NCBI GenBank assembly: GCA_046292385.1
Contig: JBKBRF010000024.1
Span: 38,819-102,818 of the forward strand
Length of the DNA: 64,000 nt
Source of the DNA: Armatimonadota bacterium
GTDB taxonomy: Bacteria > Armatimonadota > SYMT01
Direction of reading: 5' to 3'
A model generated the notes under the pieces. It searched no databases. It had not been told where the DNA came from and saw only the letters and a program-made list of their open reading frames with translations. How positions within the stretch are numbered: position 1 is the first letter of the stretch; the number at the start of each line of letters is the position of its first letter. This document shows positions 38,465 through 49,099 of this stretch, in pieces. Both the position numbers and the translations under genes were made by a program.

Positions 38465-39739
38465 ATGACCCGGGGAACCAACACCCTGCCCACGTCCGAC
38501 GAGGTTCTGCACTACCTGCGCCGCGAAGCCCCGGAGCCGGGAATGGTCCGGCCGGACTATCGCGGTTACGCCACCTGCAACGTTTCGCAGCTCATGCTGC
38601 GGAACTTCAACCTCCCGAACCGCTGCCCCGACGGTCTGGCGCCGCTACTGGATCGGCAATACCGGCGCATCGTGCTGCTGATTGTCGATGCGCTCGGTTG
38701 GAACCAGCTCCACGCGTGGGTCGACGAGCTGCCCCCGCTCTCGCGGCTCTACGACGGGGCCCGGGTCGTGCCGTTGACCTCCACCTTCCCCTCCACGACC
38801 ACGGTGGCCCTCAGTGCGCTCTACACAGGGATGACTCCGGCGGAACACTCCATCACCGGACATTACCTCTACCTGCGCGAGATCGGCGCCGTGATGGACG
38901 TGCTGCGATTCTCTCCCTACGGGGACCCGCGGCGGGAGGTCTATGCCGAGCGTGGAGTAGACGTCCACGCGCTCTTCCCGATGCAGACGCTTTTCCAGCC
39001 GTTCCAGCAGGCGGGTCTGCTCAGCCTCTCGGTGACACGCGGGATCTTCACCAACACCGCGCTCGGCTGGCTGCATCACGTCGGGGCGGAGGTGGTCGGC
39101 TACCTTACGGGCGCGGACATGTTCGTCCACGTCCGGCACGCTTTGCAGCGTCAGCAGGAGGGGGTAGTCTGCGTCTATTGGGACGTCGTGGACATGCTCT
39201 CCCACGAGTACGGCCCCCGCTCGGAGGAGGTGCGCTGCTCGGTGGAGCAGTGTTTCTACTCGCTGGAGCGGGAGATCCTGGAAGCGCTCTCGCCGGCTGA
39301 GCGATCCGAGACGCTGCTGTTGATCACCGCCGATCACGGCCAGTGCGACCTGAACCCGGAAGAGGCGGTGTTCCTGGCCGAGCATCCCCGCCTCGCGGAG
39401 CTGTTGATGCTTCCGCCGACTGGCCAGGGGAGGGCCGCCTATCTTTACGCCGACCGCGGGCAGGTCCCGGCGCTCGGCCGAGAGCTCGAGCGGTTCGAGG
39501 AGGCGCTGCGCGTCTACCCCTCCGAGGAGGCGCTCGCGACCGGCCTGTTCGGCCCCCCCGAGCTCGCCCGGCGCATCCGGGCTCGCGTCGGCGATTACGT
39601 GGCACTGAGTCGCGGCGGCGCCATCCTGCACGGGGCCGACGTCACTCGGGAGCAGTTCCGGCTCCGCGGCCACCACGGCCTCCTGTCGGAAGACGAGATG
39701 CTGGTGCCGCTGCTCGCCGTCCCTCTCGACCGTCTCTGA
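38465..39739 (+). CDS. Alkaline phosphatase superfamily (nucleotide pyrophosphatase/phosphodiesterase-like)
   Basis: IVDALG, TSTFPSTT, DMLSHEYG, TADHG, GHHG.L...EMLVPL. Confidence 0.88.
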   Translation: MTRGTNTLPTSDEVLHYLRREAPEPGMVRPDYRGYATCNVSQLMLRNFNLPNRCPDGLAPLLDRQYRRIVLLIVDALGWNQLHAWVDELPPLSRLYDGARVVPLTSTFPSTTTVALSALYTGMTPAEHSITGHYLYLREIGAVMDVLRFSPYGDPRREVYAERGVDVHALFPMQTLFQPFQQAGLLSLSVTRGIFTNTALGWLHHVGAEVVGYLTGADMFVHVRHALQRQQEGVVCVYWDVVDMLSHEYGPRSEEVRCSVEQCFYSLEREILEALSPAERSETLLLITADHGQCDLNPEEAVFLAEHPRLAELLMLPPTGQGRAAYLYADRGQVPALGRELERFEEALRVYPSEEALATGLFGPPELARRIRARVGDYVALSRGGAILHGADVTREQFRLRGHHGLLSEDEMLVPLLAVPLDRL

Positions 39740-39748
39740 AGCGGGCCG

Positions 39749-41395
<1,647 letters not shown>

Positions 41396-41417
41396 GATAA
41401 GTACACCTTCCAACAAG

Positions 41418-41849
41418 CTAGGCGGGTTCCAGACATCTCTCCAGTATTAGTCGAAAGCGCTCGTCAGCTCCCGCGACCCCGTACTTCCGTTTGAGCTCGT
41501 AGAGGTCGACGAACCCCTCCGCGCCGAGCGCCCGACAGGAGATCTCCAGGCTTTCCAGCAAGGCTGCGGCCAACTGACTGTTCAAGTCACGGAAGCAGAG
41601 GCACGGCGTTCCCCGCAGACGCTGGTCCGCCTGGATCGTGCGGAGCAGGTCGAACATTCGAGAGTCGTCAAAGTGGATGCCGCACACCACCAGGTCAACT
41701 TGGTGCCCCAGCAGGCTCTCAAGAGCGTCGCTGACGGTGCTAACAGTGATCAGCTCGGCCGTTTCCCCGAACACGTTCTCCAGGGTTCTAAACCCCTCGT
41801 CTACATCCGCGACGAGAACCAGCGGCTTCCGGGGAGCTACCGAGGACAC
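41418..41849 (-). CDS. Receiver-like domain protein (atypical)
   Basis: VLVAD...DLVVCGIHF..SRMFDLLRTI; Gly at the usual phospho-acceptor Asp position. Confidence 0.7.
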   Translation of the reverse strand: MSSVAPRKPLVLVADVDEGFRTLENVFGETAELITVSTVSDALESLLGHQVDLVVCGIHFDDSRMFDLLRTIQADQRLRGTPCLCFRDLNSQLAAALLESLEISCRALGAEGFVDLYELKRKYGVAGADERFRLILERCLEPA

Positions 41850-43156
41850 GGCGCACCTCCGGGTGTTGGACCCATCGGGTCGGACGGTGGCTCCGCACCC
41901 AACTCTTCGGACCCGGTCGCGCCCGGACGGGGACTTGCCGTCCTACTGCTGACCGCCTCCTGTAGGACCTCCAGTAGCGTCTCCGGAGGCAGCCCGAGGC
42001 GCATAGCTACTTCCTGCACGAGTTCTAGGTCGGCGTGCTGCCCTAGCCAGCTAAGAGTTTCGGCGGCGGCCTGCCACACCTGGCGGCGCCCCCGCGCCTC
42101 CATCTGGGCAGACTCGTAGGCCGCCACGGCCAGGAGCGATTGGTACCGAGCACCCAGCAAGTTCGCTCGCTTGAGGACCCCCGCCACCCGCTCGATCGGC
42201 ACCGACTGGAGACAGTCGTCTTCGACCACCACCATGTGCCCCGCCCGGCACGGATCCTGAATGTATCGGGCCGCCCCGACGCCCAGCTTTGCCGCATAGG
42301 CACGGTCGTAGCCGGTCGGCTCCGCGCAGCGCAGGAAGTAGCCGAGGTCGCTCGTGCGGATCTTGAACGGCAGGTTCTCCTCGCGGACGGCCTCCTGGAG
42401 GCGGACCGCGAGTTGCTCCGCAATGCCGCCGAGCCGCTCCTCCCGCATTACGTGTCCGTCGCCGAAGTGCGCCGACTCCGCCACCAGGATCACGCCCCAG
42501 TTCTGACCGGCGTGGAGCCGCGTCTTCATGAACCCGAGCAGATCCGGGAACTGGATGGGGCCTTCCTCCGGCACCAGTACGCGAGTACAGCCCGCGGCGA
42601 GGCCTGCTTCCAGGGCAAGATGCCCGGTGAACCGACCCATGATCTCCACTACGAACCACGATCCGGACGCCTCCGCATCCAACTTAATTGCGGTGAGCAT
42701 CCGTGTCGCCTCATATACGGCCGTGTCAAACCCGAACGACTGACTGACGCCGGCGATGTCGTTGTCGATCGTCTTCGGCACGTGAACGATCCGCACTCCG
42801 ATCCGTCGCAGGGTGTCAGCGAGTTGAAGGGTGCCTTCTCCTCCGATCGAAACCAACCCTTCCACCCCCTGTCGTTCCAGGTGAGCGAGGATCCGGGTTA
42901 GGTCCCCCGCCTCGGGCTGCAGTTGATGGCGGGACGTTCCCAGGATACTGCCGCCGAGAATCTGGATGTTCTCCACCCTTGCGCGGGTCAGATGCTCGAA
43001 CCGGCCGTGGACTAACCCGTGGGCTCCGTTGAGGAACCCGAGGACCCGAAGCCCCGAGTTCTCGGCTTCTTGCACGATGCCTTTGAGGACTCCGTTGATC
43101 CCGGCCGCGGGGCCGCCGGCTACGAAGACCCCGATCTTCTTCAACTGATGTTCCAT
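41837..43156 (-). CDS. pfkA: 6-phosphofructokinase
   Basis: GGPAAGIN, GGSILGTSR, IGGEGT, PKTIDND, GFDTA, EIMGR; extra C-terminal segment. Confidence 0.9.
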   Translation of the reverse strand: MEHQLKKIGVFVAGGPAAGINGVLKGIVQEAENSGLRVLGFLNGAHGLVHGRFEHLTRARVENIQILGGSILGTSRHQLQPEAGDLTRILAHLERQGVEGLVSIGGEGTLQLADTLRRIGVRIVHVPKTIDNDIAGVSQSFGFDTAVYEATRMLTAIKLDAEASGSWFVVEIMGRFTGHLALEAGLAAGCTRVLVPEEGPIQFPDLLGFMKTRLHAGQNWGVILVAESAHFGDGHVMREERLGGIAEQLAVRLQEAVREENLPFKIRTSDLGYFLRCAEPTGYDRAYAAKLGVGAARYIQDPCRAGHMVVVEDDCLQSVPIERVAGVLKRANLLGARYQSLLAVAAYESAQMEARGRRQVWQAAAETLSWLGQHADLELVQEVAMRLGLPPETLLEVLQEAVSSRTASPRPGATGSEELGAEPPSDPMGPTPGGAPCPR

Positions 43157-43235
43157 AGCATTTCCACTTCAGCGAGGGCGGGGAAGAGGGATTCCCCGCC
43201 CTCGTGCCGCGGCCTGGCGCCCGCCGCCCGCCAGC

Positions 43236-44882
43236 CTAGACCGCCAGAATCACCGGCACCACGAAAGGACGCCGCCCGGTGTGCTCCTTCAGCAGCCGGT
43301 TAACGATCAGCCGGATCTCGTGCTGCACGGTGCCCCAGTCAGGGGAGCCCTCTTCGGAGAGTCCCTCCAGATAGCGCAGCACCGCCTCACGGGCCGCCGC
43401 GGAAACGGCGCGGCTCTCGTGTTCGAGCAGCGAGCCGCGGGCGATGCAGTCGGGTCCGGCGAGGACGCGTCCGGTCCCCTCATCCACGCTGCATAGCACG
43501 ACGAAGATCCCGTTCTCCGCCAGGTGGCCGCGATCTCGCAGGACGACATCCTCCGGGCCGACGGTGCCGGTTCCATCCACCAGGGTGGTGCCCGAGACGA
43601 CCCGGCCCGACTTCCGTACGCCGGAGCTGTCCAGTTCAAGCACGTCGCCGTTCGTCGGCACAATGACGGGGCAGCCGAGCGGCGCGGCCAGACGGCGCCA
43701 GGCTTCCTGGTGGCGGAACTCACCGTGAACGGGAATCACGTTCTTGGGGCGCACGAGGTTAGCCATCAAGAGCAACTCCGTCTGAGCGCCGTGTCCGGAG
43801 ACATGGATGTCCGGGTGGATCGGAGGATAGCAGACCTCGGCGCCCCGTCGGACCAGGTTGTTGATGGTGCGCCAGACCAACGCCTCGTTGCCGGGGATCG
43901 GGGAAGCCGAAAAGATGACCGTATCGGGCTCTCGCACCTCGATCTGCGCGTGCTGCCCCATGGCGATCCGGGAGAGCGCGGCGAGCGGCTCTCCCTGGCT
44001 GCCCGTACAGAGGATAAGCAGCTCGTCATCCGCGCAGGAGTGGAGGCTGTCGAGCCGCACGAACAGCTCTTGCGGAAACTCGAAGTAGCCGAGCTCTCGC
44101 GCCACCGTGACGTTGCGCTGCATACTCCGACCGGCCAGCACCACCTGGCGACCGCAGTCCTGGGCGATCTCCAGCACCTGACGCACGCGCCAGAGATTCG
44201 ACGCGAAAGTGGTCAGGATCACTCGTCCCGGCGCGGCCCGAATGATCGGCGCGAGACCATCCGCGACTACCTGCTCGGATGGGGTGGCTCCCGGGCGGTC
44301 CGCGTTCGTGGAGTCGGTAACGAGCGCCAGCACGCCTTCGTCGCCGGCACGCGCCAGCGCTCCCATGTCGGTAACGCGCCCGTCAAGCGGCGTCTGGTCG
44401 AACTTGAAATCGCTCGTGTGGACCACCGTTCCCGCCGGAGTCCGGATGACCAGACTACAGGCGTCCGGGATGCTGTGGTTCACGTGGACGAACTCCACGT
44501 CGAACGACCCAACCGAGACGCGCTCCCCGGCCTCCGTCAGGTGCCATTCCGTATCGTGCCAGAGACCGTGCTCGTGCAGCTTTCGCTGGATCAGGCCCAG
44601 AGTCAGGCGCGTGGCCCACAACGGGCCGGGAAGCTGACGCAGGACGTAGGGGAGCGCCCCGATGTGGTCCTCGTGTCCGTGCGTCAGCACAAACCCGATA
44701 ATGCGGTGACGGTTCTCCAGGAGATAAGAAATGTCCGGCAGCAGGAGGTCGACTCCCGGCACCGTCTGATCGGGGAACATGACCCCGCAGTCGACTACGA
44801 GGATCTCCTCGCCGAGCCGGTACGCGGTCATGTTCTTGCCGATCTCGCCCGCTCCCCCGAGCGGGATAATCTGCAGCGTCAT
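43236..44882 (-). CDS. rnj: Ribonuclease J
   Basis: PLGGAGEIGKN, THGHEDHIG, NHSIPD, DSTNA, TGSQGEP, HVSGH, PVHGE. Confidence 0.95.
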   Translation of the reverse strand: MTLQIIPLGGAGEIGKNMTAYRLGEEILVVDCGVMFPDQTVPGVDLLLPDISYLLENRHRIIGFVLTHGHEDHIGALPYVLRQLPGPLWATRLTLGLIQRKLHEHGLWHDTEWHLTEAGERVSVGSFDVEFVHVNHSIPDACSLVIRTPAGTVVHTSDFKFDQTPLDGRVTDMGALARAGDEGVLALVTDSTNADRPGATPSEQVVADGLAPIIRAAPGRVILTTFASNLWRVRQVLEIAQDCGRQVVLAGRSMQRNVTVARELGYFEFPQELFVRLDSLHSCADDELLILCTGSQGEPLAALSRIAMGQHAQIEVREPDTVIFSASPIPGNEALVWRTINNLVRRGAEVCYPPIHPDIHVSGHGAQTELLLMANLVRPKNVIPVHGEFRHQEAWRRLAAPLGCPVIVPTNGDVLELDSSGVRKSGRVVSGTTLVDGTGTVGPEDVVLRDRGHLAENGIFVVLCSVDEGTGRVLAGPDCIARGSLLEHESRAVSAAAREAVLRYLEGLSEEGSPDWGTVQHEIRLIVNRLLKEHTGRRPFVVPVILAV

Positions 44883-45079
44883 TCTGTGGGTGGTCCTTCC
44901 TCGGCCCGGACACGCTTCTGCCGCAGCACCTGCTGAAGCCGCCACAGCGACTCGCGCATCCGGGCACTGTGCTTGCGGGCGTGCTCTAGCTGCGTTCCTT
45001 CCACCTGCAGCCGCCGCCGGATCGCCTCGATCTCTCGAGTGAGATCGTCCCCGGTCTCACGAAGCTCGTCGGATTTCAT
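44879..45079 (-). CDS. Small coiled-coil hypothetical protein
   Basis: Heptad-rich; ATGA overlap with the rnj start. Confidence 0.55.
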   Translation of the reverse strand: MKSDELRETGDDLTREIEAIRRRLQVEGTQLEHARKHSARMRESLWRLQQVLRQKRVRAEEGPPTE

Positions 45080-45121
45080 CGCTACTACTCGCCGGACACG
45101 GGGAAGCGGCGGCTCCCCGGT

Positions 45122-45499
45122 TCAATGGCTCTCCAGGCTGAACAGCGGATAGACCCGGCCGGTCTGTACCTGCCGCAGGGCGAAGATCGCCTCGCAGATC
45201 TGCGCCACGCGGTGGGCCGGCGTTCGCCGCCAGCCGTGCGTGGCCTGGAGATAGGCCGCTACCTCAAGTGGTGTCGGCGGGTGTACCTCCGAAAACAGGC
45301 GTTCCAGGAGCTCGACCGTCGCCTGCAGATCGGTCGGACCGCTGAGGTCCGGCGTCACCTTCGCGTGCAGCAGGTCCAGCAGCGAGCGAACGCGGGGGGA
45401 AAGGGGGCGCACCGGGTTTTGCACGGCTTCCATAACATCTCTCCGGACGGAGCGCGGCGGGATCGAGAGCGGCTGCCGCGCAAGCAAGGCGTCTGACAT
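45122..45499 (-). CDS. Small helical protein, possibly DUF1889-like (paralog of 52520-52810)
   Basis: PLEVAAYLQATHGW...AHRVAQICEAI resembles PTAISDYLQLRHAW...AERVGVTWEAV. Confidence 0.6.
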   Translation of the reverse strand: MSDALLARQPLSIPPRSVRRDVMEAVQNPVRPLSPRVRSLLDLLHAKVTPDLSGPTDLQATVELLERLFSEVHPPTPLEVAAYLQATHGWRRTPAHRVAQICEAIFALRQVQTGRVYPLFSLESH

Positions 45500-45583
45500 G
45501 CGTCGCGGCGGCGCGGGTAGCCGGGCCGAGCGCGAAGCGGACGACAGGACGGGTCCACGGGCGGAACCCGGTCCGCGGCGGCG

Positions 45584-47362
45584 CTACGTTGGACGGCCCG
45601 CCGTGGTGGGGAGAGGGGTGACGGCGCTCTCGGAGCGCAGGTCGAGGAGTGCCCCGGAGAGGCGCGGCTCCAGCCCCGTCTCCGCCAGGAAGGCCTCGTA
45701 GAGCGCGTCCGGCAGGAGCAGCAGGCGGGTCCACCGGGAGCAGGTGGCGCGTACCACGCCCCGAGCGCTCCCACAGAGCTCCGGAATCAGCACGGCGCCC
45801 GGACCCAGTCGGAACGAAAGGCTGCCGTCCTGAACGCACAGCTCCCCGGCGAGGGGAATGACGGCGCCGTGGGGGAGGTCTACCTCGCCTTCGGCGGGGG
45901 CGAGGATGTCACCGCCGTAGAGGAGCGCCAGGAGCCAGCGGTCCGAGACCTCCCGCAGCAGAGGCGAGCGGATCAAGCCCGACAGATCTTCCGGCACCCG
46001 CTCCGGCCGCGGGAGCAGCGAGATGGCAGTGCCCGGCTCCGCGGGAGGCAGCAACTGCCGCGCCGTTTCGGAGAGGTGCGTAAAGAGATAGCGAGTCTGA
46101 CCGCTACGCCCGAGCAGCGAGTGGATCTCTTCCGGATCCGGATGGATCGGCGGTCCGCCCGCGTCGGCGATGATCAGATCCGCCTCCCCGTAGCTCCGCT
46201 GGATCAGCCCAAAGCGGGCCGCGCTGAGGATCTCCTGCTCCAGCAGCGGATCGAGCTGGCGCCCCCAGAGCGTGTCGCCGGGGAGCCGGATCCGCTTGCC
46301 GGCGAGGGTGATCTCCACGCCGAGCGTCGGCACCGTATGGACACTGTACCAGGTGCGAAGCTCCGCTCCGAAGAAGTTCAGTGGCTCACCGGGCGCTTCG
46401 GTGCCCGGGTGCAGCGGGACCCAGCGGAGGCGCCGCATGATCTCCGCGGGAGCCGTCCCGAGGATCGCCGCCAGCCGGGGGACTAGCCCGGCCATCACCG
46501 GCCCGCTTGTAAGCAGCGTCACCGGGTGTTTCGAGAGCAAGGCCCCCAGAGCGTTGGCGTGATCCTCGTGGTTGTGAGTGATCAGATAGCCGAGCACCTG
46601 CTCCGCATCCAGGCCAAGTTGCCGGAGGTGTTCCTCCAGGTAGGGAGTACCGTCGATGACCAGTGGCTGACCCTGGATCCAAACGATAAAGCAAGAGCCC
46701 CACTCGGAGCCGCAGAACCCGCTGGCACCGCCAAGTACCTGCACGCCGAACCGTGGGCCTTCAAGGGGCCGGTCGAGCTCCGCGAACCGGAGCGGGAGCG
46801 TCGTGGGGCGCTGCGCCCGGCGCGGCACGCGGACCGTGTCGCTTCCGCTCCGGATCTCCACTTCTCCGGTGGGCAAGTCGAGCAGCGAGGTTCCGTCCGG
46901 TAACTGGGCACGTTCTCCCTGGAAGGGGAGCACCTGGGCAAGCTCTGCGAGTGGCCTGAGCGACGTCTCGCCGGAGACGAGGCGCATCTCGCGCAGTAAC
47001 TGCCGCCGCAGCGCCGGCGGGGTATCCCAGGCGATGAGCTCCGCTTCCGAGGGACCGCGCAGCATGTGCCGCACCAGGGTTTCCACGCGTGACAACTGCC
47101 CCCGATCGCAAACCACCGTGAACGGCCCACGAGGGCGGCGCCCGCCGGGACCGAACAGGTGATAGTAGAGCAGAAAGTCGAAGCTGGCTTGATTGATCCC
47201 GTAACAGAACAGCGGGTCGGGCGGCAGAACGACTGCCGAAGGTCGCGGGACGCCCCCCTGGATCAATAGCTTCAGGACTTCCGGCGGCGCCCCGACCAGG
47301 ATGGAGGTGCCCCCGGGCGTGATGACGGCGTGCGTCGAATCCAGGACCGGTACGACTTCCAT
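45584..47362 (-). CDS. MBL-fold metallo-hydrolase with degenerate cNMP-binding-like C-terminus
   Basis: THNHEDH (HxHxDH), HTVPT, GDT, PPIH, LFTH. Confidence 0.8.
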   Translation of the reverse strand: MEVVPVLDSTHAVITPGGTSILVGAPPEVLKLLIQGGVPRPSAVVLPPDPLFCYGINQASFDFLLYYHLFGPGGRRPRGPFTVVCDRGQLSRVETLVRHMLRGPSEAELIAWDTPPALRRQLLREMRLVSGETSLRPLAELAQVLPFQGERAQLPDGTSLLDLPTGEVEIRSGSDTVRVPRRAQRPTTLPLRFAELDRPLEGPRFGVQVLGGASGFCGSEWGSCFIVWIQGQPLVIDGTPYLEEHLRQLGLDAEQVLGYLITHNHEDHANALGALLSKHPVTLLTSGPVMAGLVPRLAAILGTAPAEIMRRLRWVPLHPGTEAPGEPLNFFGAELRTWYSVHTVPTLGVEITLAGKRIRLPGDTLWGRQLDPLLEQEILSAARFGLIQRSYGEADLIIADAGGPPIHPDPEEIHSLLGRSGQTRYLFTHLSETARQLLPPAEPGTAISLLPRPERVPEDLSGLIRSPLLREVSDRWLLALLYGGDILAPAEGEVDLPHGAVIPLAGELCVQDGSLSFRLGPGAVLIPELCGSARGVVRATCSRWTRLLLLPDALYEAFLAETGLEPRLSGALLDLRSESAVTPLPTTAGRPT

Positions 47363-47424
47363 GGCTCTGCGCGTCTCCTGCCGCCGCGGTAGCTGACGTG
47401 ACGGTTTCCGCTCTCGCCCGCGTT

Positions 47425-47631
47425 TCACTGTGTGACCGGTCGCCAGTCCACCTGCGGTGGGTCGAGCAGCGTCGCTTCTTCCACGCCACCCCGGAAGACC
47501 ACGGTCCACTCCTTACCTTCGCGGGTGCGGAAGGCAAGATACTTCTGCTGCGTGGGGGGATGCAGACCGGCCGCCCGCCGCAGGCCGTTCGCCGTCTCCC
47601 ACGCCAGATTCAGCGCCTCTTTCCGCGTCAT
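47425..47631 (-). CDS. Small hypothetical protein
   Basis: GGAGA SD before MTRKEAL. Confidence 0.5.
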   Translation of the reverse strand: MTRKEALNLAWETANGLRRAAGLHPPTQQKYLAFRTREGKEWTVVFRGGVEEATLLDPPQVDWRPVTQ

Positions 47632-47687
47632 GTCTCCGTCCTTTGCGGTCCGTCCCACCCGCCGGAAACGCCGGGCTCCACCTCGAG

Positions 47688-47725
47688 AAACAAAAAGAAG
47701 CCCAGACGCCTGCGGCGCCTGGGCT
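47688..47725 (-). terminator. Intrinsic terminator/attenuator
   Basis: Minus strand AGCCCAGGCGCC-gca-GGCGTCTGGGCT followed by TCTTTTTGTTT. Confidence 0.8.
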
Positions 47726-47995
47726 CCAGAAGATTGTCTAAATCGGTGAGGTCAGTCGTTTCGACGCATCCGGCAGCCACGGCGCAGCAACTCACCCGCC
47801 CGCGCTGCTGCCGCTGATCCGAAGACCGCGGGAAAGCGCCGAGCGGCAGTTGCTGCCTAGCTAATCCTGGATGATGAAAGAACCGAACTGCATCGTTCCC
47901 AGCCTATCACAACGTCCACCTATCCTACAAGCACGGCGCCGCGCCCCACACGTTCCGCCGGAAGGTGTCTGCTCGCCCGCCTCACGGAGCGTCGG

Positions 47996-49099
47996 TCAGC
48001 TTCTCGCGGCGGTGACCCGACCGTGGGGACGGGAAATCGCACCGGCGCGGGCGTAGGTGGCGAGCACGCCGGCGACCATCGCCTGCACGGTGAAGGTCTC
48101 CGCGACGAACCGCTTCGCCGACTGGCCCATCCGCTCCCGGAGCGCGGGGTCCGCCAGGAGACGGTCCAGGCACTCGGTCAGCGCCGGCACGTCGCCTACC
48201 GGGAAAGTGAACCCGGTCTCGCCTTCCCAGATGCACTCCGGGATCCCGCCCAGCCGCGAGCCGATCTGCGGCAGCCCCAGCAGCCCACCTTCCTGCAGTG
48301 CTCGCCCGAGCCCTTCCTTATCCGTGGAAGGAAGCACGACGACGTCCATGGCGGCGTAGTAGGGCAACACATCCGGCTGAAACCCGGCGAAGCTCACCCG
48401 GTCCGAGAGCCCAAGCTCTCGCACTCGGCTCTGCAGCGCCTCCCGCTCCGCCCCTTCTCCGACGAAGACCGCCCGCGCCTCCGGATAACGCCAGGTGGCC
48501 CGGCGGAACGCCTGGAGGAAGAGATCGTGCCCCTTCTTTGCCGTGAGGTGCGCGACCACTCCCACCAGCGGCCCTTCTTCCGGCAGCCCCAAACGGCGCC
48601 GGGCCTCCAGCCGCGGGCAGGGGAGGTAATAGCGGTCCGGGTCGATGCCGTTGTAGACGACGTCGATCCGCGCACCCGGAAGGCCCTGCGCCACGAGGTG
48701 CTCCTTGATCCCCCGGGAGATCGCGATCACCCGGGTGGCGCCCCGGTAACAGAAAGCGCTGTTGAGCGCCCGGACATGCGCCACCACCGGCAACCGCAGC
48801 AGCCGCCCGGCGAAAGCGCCGTGCCAGGCGGCGGTGCTGAGCTGCGTGTGGATGACCTCGGCTTTAACTTCCCGCGCCAGCGCCGCGATGCGGAAGGGAG
48901 CGAGCAGGTTCGCCTTGCCGGAGATGGCCACGGGGCGTGCGTCGAGACCGGCTTCCTGCATCACTGGGAGGAGGGGGCTGCCCTCTTTGCAGCCGACCAC
49001 CACGTGGTGCCCCGCCGCCTGCAGGTGCTCGCAAAGGCTGACGGTAGAGCGCTCCGCGCCGGAGATCCGGGAGGGCGTGATGAGCTGGAGGATGTTCAC
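47996..49099 (-). CDS. Glycosyltransferase family 4 (GT-B)
   Basis: GAER, VVYNGID, KKGHD, LPS...EGLG....E, GGIPE. Confidence 0.92.
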   Translation of the reverse strand: MNILQLITPSRISGAERSTVSLCEHLQAAGHHVVVGCKEGSPLLPVMQEAGLDARPVAISGKANLLAPFRIAALAREVKAEVIHTQLSTAAWHGAFAGRLLRLPVVAHVRALNSAFCYRGATRVIAISRGIKEHLVAQGLPGARIDVVYNGIDPDRYYLPCPRLEARRRLGLPEEGPLVGVVAHLTAKKGHDLFLQAFRRATWRYPEARAVFVGEGAEREALQSRVRELGLSDRVSFAGFQPDVLPYYAAMDVVVLPSTDKEGLGRALQEGGLLGLPQIGSRLGGIPECIWEGETGFTFPVGDVPALTECLDRLLADPALRERMGQSAKRFVAETFTVQAMVAGVLATYARAGAISRPHGRVTAARS

